This document shows positions 1-8,507 of a DNA stretch of 64,000 nt, piece by piece. The notes under the pieces were generated by a model. The model ran no database searches. It was not told the origin of the DNA and saw only the letters and a list, made by a program, of their open reading frames with translations. Every line of letters begins with the position of its first letter. The first letter of the stretch is position 1. This DNA is from Candidatus Pacebacteria bacterium UBA6180 (GTDB lineage: Bacteria; Patescibacteriota; Microgenomatia; UBA1400; PJMF01), in assembly GCA_002422165.1 (NCBI GenBank), contig DITQ01000002.1:13174-77173 (forward strand). The letters run 5' to 3'. The translations under genes and the position numbers were made by a program.

Positions 1-288
1 AGTCGTACTAGCAGTATTGATCCAGAACTACGCGAATTGGCGAGGCCTTTTGTACCGCGCCTCGAATCTAAAGTTTTTGAAGAGATTCTGACAAAAAAGG
101 TTTTCGATGATGGCGAATTGAGTTATTTTCCCATCTATATTTTTGACAAAAATAGTTCGGCTGACGGTGGAGTTCTAATCAATATCGTAAGAGACCCATT
201 AATCTCTAATGGTAACTCTGCTTTTTCAGATTCAGATTTTTTGCCTGTTGAAACGGAGATTATTTTGGACGAGTCGATTGGGGAATGA
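1..288 (+). CDS. C-terminal fragment of an unknown protein; reading frame is open from nt 1, so the 5' part lies outside the window
   Basis: Frame 1 has no stop from position 1 to the TGA at 286-288; the ORF track starts it at a TTG at 37. No recognisable motifs. Confidence 0.3.
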   Translation, partial: SRTSSIDPELRELARPFVPRLESKVFEEILTKKVFDDGELSYFPIYIFDKNSSADGGVLINIVRDPLISNGNSAFSDSDFLPVETEIILDESIGE

Positions 289-366
289 GCCATGTGCTTC
301 TCCACTTGTTGCGCGGCTTCTAATCATGTAAATTTAATGTAAGGGCATTTTGTCCGTTTAGTTTTT

Positions 367-2154
367 ATGCAGGTACAAAACAATTCTTCAACCAGTCAAA
401 CCAGAAATTCGGGCAAGGTTGCCGCTCCTGCTGCCGTTAATTCTTCAGCTACTAGTAAAATTACCCCTCCATCAGTACTTAGTGGAGGCGGAGCTTTACC
501 AAATTCAAACGCCGCTCCTTCTCCTAGTTCAGTCTCTCCTGAAGAAATTGCACAGAAATTTGATCTAGTACCTAGCAAAAAGGTTAAAAGTCGTGCTGCC
601 AAAAAACAAATCCCCACAGCTATTGGCTTGTTGATTCTATTTGTTGCTTTAATTTCTGGAGTATTACTTTTCGGTCAAGGGACTGGTGTTTTTGCTCCGC
701 GCGCTACTCCAGAGACAACCCCTAAAAATATTCAAATTAGCAATGTTACCGACAAAACTTTTACCGTTTCTTTTTATACAGATGAAAGCACGGTTGGTTT
801 CGTCAAGTATGGTCTAGAAGCTAACTCTCTCAAGCAGCAAGCCAGCGACGACCGCGATCAGCTTTCTGGAATTGTCAAAGACTATCGTCTTCATCATGTG
901 ACGGTGCGCGGTCTTGAACCAGGAGTGACTTATTATTACGTCTTGGGAACTGGTTCGAACACTTTTGACAATCAAGGACAACCTTACTCAGTTACTACTG
1001 CTATCAAGCCTAGTCAATCACCGACAAGCAATCAAACCGTCTATGGAAATATTTATGGTCCAGATGGTGGGCCAGCGGAAGGAGCGATTGTCTACGTAAA
1101 CAATGAGAGTATTGGTGAGCTGTCAAGCATCGTCAAAGCCTCTGGGAGCTTTGGGATTTCTCTTGGCAATGCTTTTAGTCTTGATAAGACAACTTACGCC
1201 AATTTGAGTGATGACGCCACTCTCGAAATTAAGGTTCAGGGCATTGAACCAAACTTAGTTAGTAGTCTGCAAACTACAGTTGCTCTGTCTCAACCAGTTC
1301 AGGATTTAGTTTTGGGTAAAGGTGGCGTTGCCAATGTAGCTTCTACTGATCAGGTTATTGAAAATAGAGAGGAGTTATTAGCTAATCTCGACGAGTTGAC
1401 CAGCGATCAGGAAATGGCAGCAAGTGACGAAGCGCAGGTGGAAATGGCTGAGATAAACCAGGAGGCAGTGAGCTCAGCTGCTGGAGCTTTAGAAAATATG
1501 CTAGGTGAAGTTGATTCCACCCCTACAAAAGTAGAAGTACTGGATTTAGACGAGTTGAGTGAAAGCCAAGATGCTTCTATAGCAGTTGTCAACACTACTA
1601 CTCCGCAAATCAAGGCGACCTTGCCAGCCAACACTATTGTGAGAGTTACCGTTCACTCTGAAACTAAAATTGATCAGACGATACAAACTGACGCTGATGG
1701 CAACTTAATTTTGGACTTAGCCAGTTTGGGCGAAAGCTTGGAGCCAGGTGAACACACGGCTACTTACAGCTATATCGACCCGATAACAGGCCAAGAAGTA
1801 ACTAAAACATACAATTTTACTGTGGCGCCTGAAGTCACCAGGCAATTGGCTCAAGCTTCAACTCCTTCGCCAACACCAACGACAGTTATTCCAAGCATCC
1901 CTTATGGTTCAGGCAATCCCTATGTACCAGGAGAAAATGACTCTGAAATTGAACCAACTACTTCTCCAACTGCTGTCACATCACCCACTGTTACTAGTAG
2001 TGCTGGTGCGACTGTTGCCACCGACAGCGGACAATATAACTCTGGTTCTCTCGGCACGACTCTGACTTTACTTCTGGCTGGTTTATTCTTTGTTTCGATG
2101 GGTGTGTGGAGCTATGCGCTTAGCAATTCCTTTGAAGCTAAAAATAAAAACTGA
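367..2154 (+). CDS. Large surface/secreted protein: N-terminal low-complexity region and TM segment, Fn3-like (purple-acid-phosphatase N-domain-type) module, Ser/Thr/Pro-rich stalk, C-terminal hydrophobic anchor
   Basis: TM helix IPTAIGLLILFVALISGVLLFG; segment NVTDKTFTVSFYTDES..GFVKYG...HHVTVRGLEPGVTYYYVLGTG resembles the Fn3-like N-domain of purple acid phosphatases; S/T/P-rich C-terminus ending in hydrophobic stretch LLLAGLFFVSMGVW plus charged tail. Confidence 0.5.
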   Translation: MQVQNNSSTSQTRNSGKVAAPAAVNSSATSKITPPSVLSGGGALPNSNAAPSPSSVSPEEIAQKFDLVPSKKVKSRAAKKQIPTAIGLLILFVALISGVLLFGQGTGVFAPRATPETTPKNIQISNVTDKTFTVSFYTDESTVGFVKYGLEANSLKQQASDDRDQLSGIVKDYRLHHVTVRGLEPGVTYYYVLGTGSNTFDNQGQPYSVTTAIKPSQSPTSNQTVYGNIYGPDGGPAEGAIVYVNNESIGELSSIVKASGSFGISLGNAFSLDKTTYANLSDDATLEIKVQGIEPNLVSSLQTTVALSQPVQDLVLGKGGVANVASTDQVIENREELLANLDELTSDQEMAASDEAQVEMAEINQEAVSSAAGALENMLGEVDSTPTKVEVLDLDELSESQDASIAVVNTTTPQIKATLPANTIVRVTVHSETKIDQTIQTDADGNLILDLASLGESLEPGEHTATYSYIDPITGQEVTKTYNFTVAPEVTRQLAQASTPSPTPTTVIPSIPYGSGNPYVPGENDSEIEPTTSPTAVTSPTVTSSAGATVATDSGQYNSGSLGTTLTLLLAGLFFVSMGVWSYALSNSFEAKNKN

Positions 2155-2200
2155 TTTGTTTTAGCCACTGTTTTTTCTTTTGGTGAAATATGTGTCAAGA

Positions 2201-3433
2201 TCAGATGCCGTTCGCGATCACTTCCCAGAGTTCACGCTCCTGATCTTCGTATCCTAGTGCCCAGATGGCGATTCCAGCTAGATCAAGCTGACGAGCGTAT
2301 TCCAATTTATAGGCGATAGATTGAGGGTTTTCATAATAGATTGTGTAAAGGTGGTCATCTTGCTGGTAAGTGATGTAGGGCGAGAGAGCATCTTCATCGA
2401 AACCTTGCCTGATCTGACTAACGCCAACCCAAGTGTTGTCTTCTGAAGTCCCGCCACGACTAAGATTGAGTAATTCTTTGGCTTTTTTATAGCTGACGGT
2501 GAAACCGCTGTTTTCGTAAGTGTTGGCACGGGCGGTGCTTGCGTCAGTTTGCCAACCGTATCCATAAAAAGGAATTCCGAGGAGGATTTTTTCGCGAGGC
2601 ACTTGATCGAGAAATAACTTGAGGTGAGCGTTGATGTCGCTGCCCCACTTCTGGTCTTCACTAAAAAGCGGCGCCACTGGTCCAGCTTGGCCACTGCTTC
2701 TCTGGTGGAAGTCGTAGGCCATCACTACGATGTAGTCGACGTATTTGGCAAGCTCTGGCAAGTCCCACAGGCCTTTATTGTCGCTGGAGGCACTAGCGTA
2801 GACATCGATGCTCAGAGTAGTGCTCTGGTATTTGTTATCCAAGTGTTGACGTAGTTTTCGCATTAACTCCGTCATTCCTTGTCGCAGTTCTGGGCTTTTT
2901 TCGCCGCTGTACTCGATGTCGATGTTAATGCCAGTAATTGGGTAAGCGAGCAGGACAGAGTCAAGGCTAGTTAGAAACTTCTCCATGGCAGGCTCGTTCG
3001 CCAGAAAAGTAGCGATGTCGCGGCTATTGAATTGTTTGAGAACTAGCTCGACTTGTGTATTTTGTTTTTTTGCCTCTTCTGCGAGTTCCAAGAAGGCTTC
3101 ACTGCTGAGGTGGCGATAGCCAGGTTCAAGGTTGCCGTCGCTACTTCTACTTAGCAGTTGGCCGTCGCTCCCGATGTCCAAGCCAAAAAAAGCCAGGTGA
3201 GTCAATTCTTTCTCTAAGCTAAAAGTGTTAATGTTCCAGTATGGTAGGAAGCCATAGACGACCTTAGCCTCTTTTTTAGGAATAATTAATTCTTTGAAGT
3301 ATCGCAAGCGCGAATTATGGCTGATGGCGGAAGAGAGTGGTGCTTCGTAGAAGAAGCTAATCGAGAGTAGTGCTGTCAAGATCAGAAGTAGAAATAAAAA
3401 AACGCTGAAGAAAAATTTAGACATATTTAGCAC
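2201..3433 (-). CDS. Glycoside hydrolase family 18-like protein (chitinase/peptidoglycan-hydrolase-like), membrane anchored
   Basis: N-terminal TM/signal segment; GH18 catalytic-type motif GINIDIEYSG (DxDxE) and YGYGWQ near the C-terminus; TIM-barrel-like length. Confidence 0.55.
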   Translation of the reverse strand: MLNMSKFFFSVFLFLLLILTALLSISFFYEAPLSSAISHNSRLRYFKELIIPKKEAKVVYGFLPYWNINTFSLEKELTHLAFFGLDIGSDGQLLSRSSDGNLEPGYRHLSSEAFLELAEEAKKQNTQVELVLKQFNSRDIATFLANEPAMEKFLTSLDSVLLAYPITGINIDIEYSGEKSPELRQGMTELMRKLRQHLDNKYQSTTLSIDVYASASSDNKGLWDLPELAKYVDYIVVMAYDFHQRSSGQAGPVAPLFSEDQKWGSDINAHLKLFLDQVPREKILLGIPFYGYGWQTDASTARANTYENSGFTVSYKKAKELLNLSRGGTSEDNTWVGVSQIRQGFDEDALSPYITYQQDDHLYTIYYENPQSIAYKLEYARQLDLAGIAIWALGYEDQERELWEVIANGI

Positions 3434-3438
3434 ACGCT

Positions 3439-5808
3439 TTAGTTACGGTTGCCGTAGTTCACCAAATTTGGCTCGTAAATTACTTTACCCTCTTCATCTT
3501 GAGGACGGTTGCAGTCAGCGCAGTAAAGCTTGGTTAGCGGATCGTAGTAGAAACTGTGCTCCTCAAGCTGTAGATCATCAGCTTCTTCACCTTCTTGAGG
3601 TGGTAAGCCGGTCGAAGCTCTGATCCAGTATTCTTTACGAAAAGTTCCAGAATAGCTAGGCAGTGAGGCTTCCCAGTAGAGTTCTTGGCGAGTGTCAGCG
3701 CAGCTTGCTGCCGGATCAGTTTCAGTGTTGAAAAAGTCAGTGGTATTGTCTCCATCGCCAATGACTAGCTTTCCCAAGCCCGCCTGCGCTGGCATGCCAG
3801 TTAGGCAAACGCTGGCGATTTTGACATCGCTTGGGCGCTCTGGCCAGACGGTTTCCTGGTCTTGGAGCACATAGCTCATTATGTCGTTCCAGATCGGCGC
3901 TGCTCCAGTGATGCCAGATGCTAGATAGCTCATCGAGGTGCTATCATTGTTGCCCACCCAAGTCATAGTTAAGAACTCAGGGGTGTATCCGATGGTCCAG
4001 TTATCGCGCAAATCATTGGTGGTGCCAGTTTTGGCCGAGACGATTTTATTTCGAATAACCAAGCTAGAATTGCTGCCAAAGGCTGCTTGGCGCGCGCTGT
4101 TATCTTGGAGGATGTGATTAGTGAGGTAGGCTGGCGCGCGCGCCATCACTCTCCGCAGCGAGCCGAGTTCGTTGATGGCTTCATCCTCGCTCATTGTAGC
4201 TAGGTTTTGAGTCGTGGCTTGACTGTCATAACTCTCGAGAACTTCGCCGCGGAAATTACTAATCTCCAAGATGCCAGTCAAAGGCACATGCACACCTTGG
4301 TTGGCAAGAACGCCAAAAGCCTCTGCCAATTCGACCATTCTGATCTCACCGCCTCCAAGGGTGAGGGAGAGACCGTAATTAGCTGGATTGGTCCAAGTAT
4401 TTATACCCATGGCCCGAGCTTGATTGATGAATTTCTCGACGCCAATTGTTGCCAAGGCTTTGACAGCGGGAATATTGAGCGAGTTGCCAAGCGACTGGCG
4501 AATAGTGACGGGACCAGAGAAGCCACCGGTGTAATTTTTCGGACAATAATCGCGTTGACCGGCGACGCGGAAACATGTAGGAATATCGAGTAAAATGGTT
4601 CCTGGATTGATGGTTTTTTCGGCCATAGCAGTGGCGTACATTATTGGTTTAATTGAAGAACCTGGTTGGCGTAGCGCCAGGGTGACATTGACCTGACCAT
4701 CGCTTTGGCTATCGAAGTAATCTTTGGAGCCAATCATGGCCAGAATTTCGCCGGTGTTAGGTTTGGTAACGAGAGCTGCACCATTACTAACCTTCAGTCG
4801 CTCCAAAGTTTTGAGTTCTGCTGCCAGTGAGGCTTGAGCGGTTTCCTGTAGGTCTAGGTCTAGAGTGGTGGTGACCCGTAAACCGCCAGTTTCGACCATT
4901 TCTTCGCCATATTTTTCGTAGAGTAAATCGCGGATGTAGAAGACGAAATGAGGGGCTCTGATGTCAGTGCGAGAAATGGCATATTCTAGTACTTCTGCTT
5001 CAGCGCGCTCGGCTGTGGCTTCATCAATATATTTATCTTCAACCATGCGGCGCAAAACTTCTTTTTGACGATTTTTAGCCCGTTCAGGATTAGAGCCAAA
5101 CGGTGAGTAAGTAGTGGGAGATTGTGGTAAGCCAGCCAGCAAAGCCGCTTCGGCTAGGTCAAGTTCGCTAGCGGACTTGGCGAAATATTTGTTGGCAGCG
5201 GCTTCGATGCCGACCGCAGTGCCTCCATAAGAAATGTAATTGAGGTACATTTCCAGAATTTCCTCTTTACTGTAAAGCACTTCTGTCATCACCGCCAAAA
5301 CTGCTTCTTTGATTTTGCGCTGGAGAGTTTTTTCCTTGCTGAGCAGGGCGTTTTTGACGAGTTGCTGAGTGATGGTTGAGCCGCCCTGGACTGTGTTCCC
5401 GCTGAAGTTTTTGAAACCAGCTCGCAGTAAACCGCGCAAGTCTAGGCCATGATGGCGGTAGAAACTTTTGTCTTCGATGGCAATGGTGGCTTGCAAAACG
5501 TGCTCTGGTAGATCGCCAATTTTGATGGGGATGCGGTTTTCTTGACCATAAATTTCGTAGAGTAATTGGCCATGGCGGTCAAAAATCTGCGTACTGACGG
5601 GAAAATTTTCAGTTGAAGTTAAATTGCTTGGAGAGGGTAATTGTTTGTAGAGGTAGATAATAAAAATGATCAAGCTTAGGCCAAGTAAACCTAGTCCAGT
5701 TTGGAGCGAGCGACTTCTGCGTAGTCTGGCCCAAAAAAATTTTCGACTGCGATTGCGAATTCGCCTTGATTTAAGTTGCTTTTTGGTGGCGAGACGAAAA
5801 GGGTTCAT
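3439..5808 (-). CDS. Class A penicillin-binding protein (PBP1A-type bifunctional transglycosylase/transpeptidase)
   Basis: Basic N-terminus + TM helix; GT51 motifs (EDKSFYRHHG, QGGSTITQQLVKN); transpeptidase SxxK-type region (GSSIKP), KTGT motif. Confidence 0.85.
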   Translation of the reverse strand: MNPFRLATKKQLKSRRIRNRSRKFFWARLRRSRSLQTGLGLLGLSLIIFIIYLYKQLPSPSNLTSTENFPVSTQIFDRHGQLLYEIYGQENRIPIKIGDLPEHVLQATIAIEDKSFYRHHGLDLRGLLRAGFKNFSGNTVQGGSTITQQLVKNALLSKEKTLQRKIKEAVLAVMTEVLYSKEEILEMYLNYISYGGTAVGIEAAANKYFAKSASELDLAEAALLAGLPQSPTTYSPFGSNPERAKNRQKEVLRRMVEDKYIDEATAERAEAEVLEYAISRTDIRAPHFVFYIRDLLYEKYGEEMVETGGLRVTTTLDLDLQETAQASLAAELKTLERLKVSNGAALVTKPNTGEILAMIGSKDYFDSQSDGQVNVTLALRQPGSSIKPIMYATAMAEKTINPGTILLDIPTCFRVAGQRDYCPKNYTGGFSGPVTIRQSLGNSLNIPAVKALATIGVEKFINQARAMGINTWTNPANYGLSLTLGGGEIRMVELAEAFGVLANQGVHVPLTGILEISNFRGEVLESYDSQATTQNLATMSEDEAINELGSLRRVMARAPAYLTNHILQDNSARQAAFGSNSSLVIRNKIVSAKTGTTNDLRDNWTIGYTPEFLTMTWVGNNDSTSMSYLASGITGAAPIWNDIMSYVLQDQETVWPERPSDVKIASVCLTGMPAQAGLGKLVIGDGDNTTDFFNTETDPAASCADTRQELYWEASLPSYSGTFRKEYWIRASTGLPPQEGEEADDLQLEEHSFYYDPLTKLYCADCNRPQDEEGKVIYEPNLVNYGNRN

Positions 5809-6011
5809 ATGTTCAAATAAGTGACCTCTATTCTACTACACCTCTACACTTTAGACTGTTTCTTTTGGAAAATTTATTGGTTAAAAGACATTTTTCCACT
5901 TTTTCGATACTTTTTCTCTTGCAATTCTCATTTTGGTTGCAAGGGGACTTTCATCCAGTTTTCACACCCATTACTGCAGGTGATAATATCACAAAAGCTT
6001 TTGCCAATAAA

Positions 6012-6040
6012 TTGCAAAAAGGCATGGTCTCTAATACAAT
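6012..6040 (+). promoter_or_regulatory. Sigma70-like promoter TTGCAA-17nt-TACAAT ending 6 nt before the ATG of the 6047 gene (predicts a leaderless transcript)
   Basis: TTGCAA at 6012-6017, 17-nt spacer, TACAAT at 6035-6040; ATG at 6047 with no Shine-Dalgarno. Confidence 0.4.
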
Positions 6041-6046
6041 CATTGC

Positions 6047-6532
6047 ATGGAACTTCAAAAAGACTCTCCCTGGTACCAATATTTAGACGACTGCCAGAGG
6101 GCTCTGGCTGAGACTAGTTTTGCCCTTTTGGACAAGGCCAAAGAGCTTCATGATCTCAAAGACTATTCTTTTATTGTTTTTCCCATGGCTAAAGCCTACG
6201 AAGGTTTTCTCAAAAAAGTATTATTTGATCGAAACCTAATTGACAAAAATACCTATGAAGGGCGAAAATTTCGCATCGGTCGTGCTCTCAATCCAGATGT
6301 TCGCAATCACCAGCGCGATGAGGACTGGTTTTATGATGATATGGCTGAGATTTTTGGAAATGAGGTCGCTCGAGAGATGTGGAATGCTTGGCTAATGTGC
6401 CGCAACCACGTTTTTCACTATTGGCCAGATTGCGAGCAGTTTTTGACGATTGCTGAAGTTAAAGAGCGTTTACAAATGATGACTGAGGTGATGAATAAAA
6501 TTACTAATGAAAAGGAAGACTATGTCAGCTAA
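6047..6532 (+). CDS. Hypothetical protein with HEPN-like RNxxxH motif at the start of the C-terminal helix (candidate HEPN RNase fold)
   Basis: 161 aa, predicted all-alpha; motif CRNHVFHYW (R-N-x-x-x-H) near C-terminus as in HEPN/KEN RNase domains; 3' end overlaps next gene by 11 nt taking the 6522 start (26 nt to the upstream 6507 ATG) (translational coupling). Confidence 0.4.
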   Translation: MELQKDSPWYQYLDDCQRALAETSFALLDKAKELHDLKDYSFIVFPMAKAYEGFLKKVLFDRNLIDKNTYEGRKFRIGRALNPDVRNHQRDEDWFYDDMAEIFGNEVAREMWNAWLMCRNHVFHYWPDCEQFLTIAEVKERLQMMTEVMNKITNEKEDYVS

Positions 6533-7145
6533 ATATAAATACCAAAATATCACTATTTCCGGTTTGCCAGGCTGTGGCTCGACGACTTTACTTAGTTTGC
6601 TCAAAGAAGAGTTGGAGCCAGATGGTTGGGTGGGTTTCTCTGGTGGCGAATTTATGCGCTCTTACGCTATCGAGAAAGGTTTGTTTAACCCTAGCCAATC
6701 AACCCATCATTTGGCGACGGCTTATGACGATGATTTTGATCGTCAAGTGGATTATGGAATGCGAGAAAAAGTCTCGACTTCTGATAAATGGATTTTAGAA
6801 TCTTGGCTATCTGGCTTCATGACTCAGAATGTCCCTGGGACACTGCGAGTACTCATGGTTTGTAGTGACGATGCGGTTCGCATCGATCGTATTGTTAATC
6901 GCGATGAGGTGGACGTAACCGATGCCAAGAAAAGTATCCACGAACGCTATGAGGCTAATCTAGCCAAGTGGCGCCGCATGTACGCCAAAGAGTGGCAGGA
7001 ATGGGTGGTGCAGACCGGCAAGTTGCCAAAGGAAGCAGAGATTGATTTTTGGGCTTCAGAGCTCTACGATTTAGTTATTGATACTTATTCTCATAATAAA
7101 GAAAAAACTTTAGAACTAGTCTTGAATGCCATCAAAAAAACTTAA
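6522..7145 (+). CDS. Cytidylate-kinase-like protein, archaeal/type-2 family (Cytidylate_kin2/AAA_17-like), with atypical Walker A (GLPGCGSTT: lysine replaced by serine)
   Basis: ITISGLPGCGSTTLL P-loop-like segment; KWILESWLSGFM matches the type-2 CMP kinase (I/V)LE(G/S)RL(A/S)GW motif; C-terminal R/K-rich lid-like region. Start chosen at MSAKYK (GGAAG 5 nt upstream); the ORF track offers an earlier ATG at 6507. Confidence 0.55.
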   Translation: MSAKYKYQNITISGLPGCGSTTLLSLLKEELEPDGWVGFSGGEFMRSYAIEKGLFNPSQSTHHLATAYDDDFDRQVDYGMREKVSTSDKWILESWLSGFMTQNVPGTLRVLMVCSDDAVRIDRIVNRDEVDVTDAKKSIHERYEANLAKWRRMYAKEWQEWVVQTGKLPKEAEIDFWASELYDLVIDTYSHNKEKTLELVLNAIKKT

Positions 7146-7785
7146 ATCTGAGTCAAGCCGTGCTTTTTTACCTCTCTTGAGTCTGACCTTTTTGTTGTGG
7201 TTGTTTTATCGTAGTGTTTTTCATTTTCCAGTTTGGTTTGATGAAACCGTTGGCAAATTAGTTTTTTTTGCCTTGCCAGTTCTGCTTTATGTGACTATTA
7301 CTGGCAATAGGAAAATTTTCGCGACTTTTAGCTTAACCAAACTCAAGCCCGGATTGTTGCTCGGTCTTGCCATCGGTGGTCTTTTTGGTTTTGCGGGGGT
7401 GTCTTTAGGAGTTCTTAGTCGAGGTGGAGCGCTAACTTTGGCACCTTACTATATGGCGAATTGGTTTTGGTGGGAATTATTTTTGGCACTTTTGACAGGT
7501 TTTTGGGAAACCTTGTTTTTTTATAGTTTTGTGATGGTAGCGGTTGATGAGCGTTTTGCTCATTTCTCTCTTTTTCAGAGAGTGCTCTTGGTGGCTAGCG
7601 TCTTTCTTCTTTTTCATTTGCCCAATATTTTTGCTCGTTTTGACTTATCTCAAGTTATATTCCAAATTCTTCTTTTGTTTGCTTTTGCCTGTGGTCAGGC
7701 ATTAATTTTTCACCAGAGGCGCAATGCTTACGTTTTGGTTTTAGTGCAAGCGATTTGGGGGATGGTTTTACTGGTGAATTTTTAG
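7126..7785 (+). CDS. CPBP-family (CAAX/Abi-type) intramembrane metalloprotease-like protein
   Basis: Polytopic membrane protein; CPBP motif 2 FLLFH (FxxxH) and motif 3 HQRRN (HxxxN) present; motif 1 partly degenerate (WETLFFY instead of EExxxR). Overlaps upstream gene by 20 nt. Confidence 0.5.
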   Translation: MPSKKLKSESSRAFLPLLSLTFLLWLFYRSVFHFPVWFDETVGKLVFFALPVLLYVTITGNRKIFATFSLTKLKPGLLLGLAIGGLFGFAGVSLGVLSRGGALTLAPYYMANWFWWELFLALLTGFWETLFFYSFVMVAVDERFAHFSLFQRVLLVASVFLLFHLPNIFARFDLSQVIFQILLLFAFACGQALIFHQRRNAYVLVLVQAIWGMVLLVNF

Positions 7786-7800
7786 AAGTTTGCGCTCTCT

Positions 7801-8370
7801 ATGCAAAAGTTCAACTACATTTTTTTTATCTTGGCCTCTTTACTGGCAGTTGCAGTTTTATTAATCTCTCTACAATCAGCCAACAGTCAACGCTCTTTGG
7901 GCAATGGTCAGAGTAAACTGCTAGTTGGCAAAATTTACGTAGCTCGAGAAATTTTACCAGATCACACTTTATATCCAGTCTTGATGATGATCGATCGCCT
8001 GAGACTGGAACTAGCAGCGCCAGAGAAACGCAGCTCTTTAATGCTTGCTTATGGCAAAAGACGTTTGTTTTATAGTGCTCGTTTGTTAGAAAATGGTCAA
8101 CGCGAACTATCTTTTATTACTTTGAGTAAGGCGATTAAGTATTACCAACAAGCTTTGACAGTTAGCATTGGAAGTTTCAACGAGCGACTTTTAAGTTACC
8201 GGCTCAATCAAGAGCTAGCCTTCATGGTTTTGGAAGCTTTACCAGAATTGCAGACTTTTATTGTTGAGCACAAAAACGAATATAGTGATAGTGAACGCGT
8301 ACTTTTGGATTTACTTGTCGAGCAGACCGAAATTTTGGCACTTGATCTACAAATCGTTCTCTATAAATAG
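7801..8370 (+). CDS. Hypothetical membrane-anchored protein (single N-terminal TM helix)
   Basis: 189 aa ORF 15 nt after the CPBP gene; N-terminal hydrophobic helix IFFILASLLAVAVLLISL; no known motifs. Confidence 0.4.
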   Translation: MQKFNYIFFILASLLAVAVLLISLQSANSQRSLGNGQSKLLVGKIYVAREILPDHTLYPVLMMIDRLRLELAAPEKRSSLMLAYGKRRLFYSARLLENGQRELSFITLSKAIKYYQQALTVSIGSFNERLLSYRLNQELAFMVLEALPELQTFIVEHKNEYSDSERVLLDLLVEQTEILALDLQIVLYK

Positions 8371-8386
8371 ATCTACTTTGTCATAG

Positions 8387-8416
8387 TTGACAGCTACCCG
8401 TTCCCCGTGAGATATT
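8387..8416 (+). promoter_or_regulatory. Candidate nrdR promoter (TTGACA, 18-nt spacer, TGaGATATT extended -10-like)
   Basis: TTGACA at 8387-8392; TG at 8408-8409 and GATATT at 8411-8416. Weak -10. Confidence 0.3.
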
Positions 8417-8436
8417 TTTAGTCCTCGTCTTTTCAA

Positions 8437-8452
8437 GCACAATATTTTGTGC
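8437..8452. promoter_or_regulatory. NrdR box 1 (GCACAATATTTTGTGC)
   Basis: 16-bp palindrome matching the NrdR-box consensus acaCwAtATaTwGtgt; 56 nt upstream of nrdR ATG. Confidence 0.55.
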
Positions 8453-8468
8453 CAAAAGACGAGGGAAA

Positions 8469-8484
8469 ACACTACAGGTAGTAT
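8469..8484. promoter_or_regulatory. NrdR box 2 (ACACTACAGGTAGTAT)
   Basis: Quasi-palindrome; centre is 32 bp from box 1 centre, the spacing expected for tandem NrdR boxes. Confidence 0.45.
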
Positions 8485-8507
8485 TAGCTCGTTATAAGGT
8501 AATTTTT

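Noticed and set aside
5821-6111. Small plus-strand ORFs (96 and 73 aa) in the PBP1A / HEPN-like divergent intergenic region
   Set aside because: They overlap the predicted promoter (TTGCAA-17-TACAAT) of the 6047 gene and have hydrophobic low-complexity translations. They are more likely non-coding promoter DNA.
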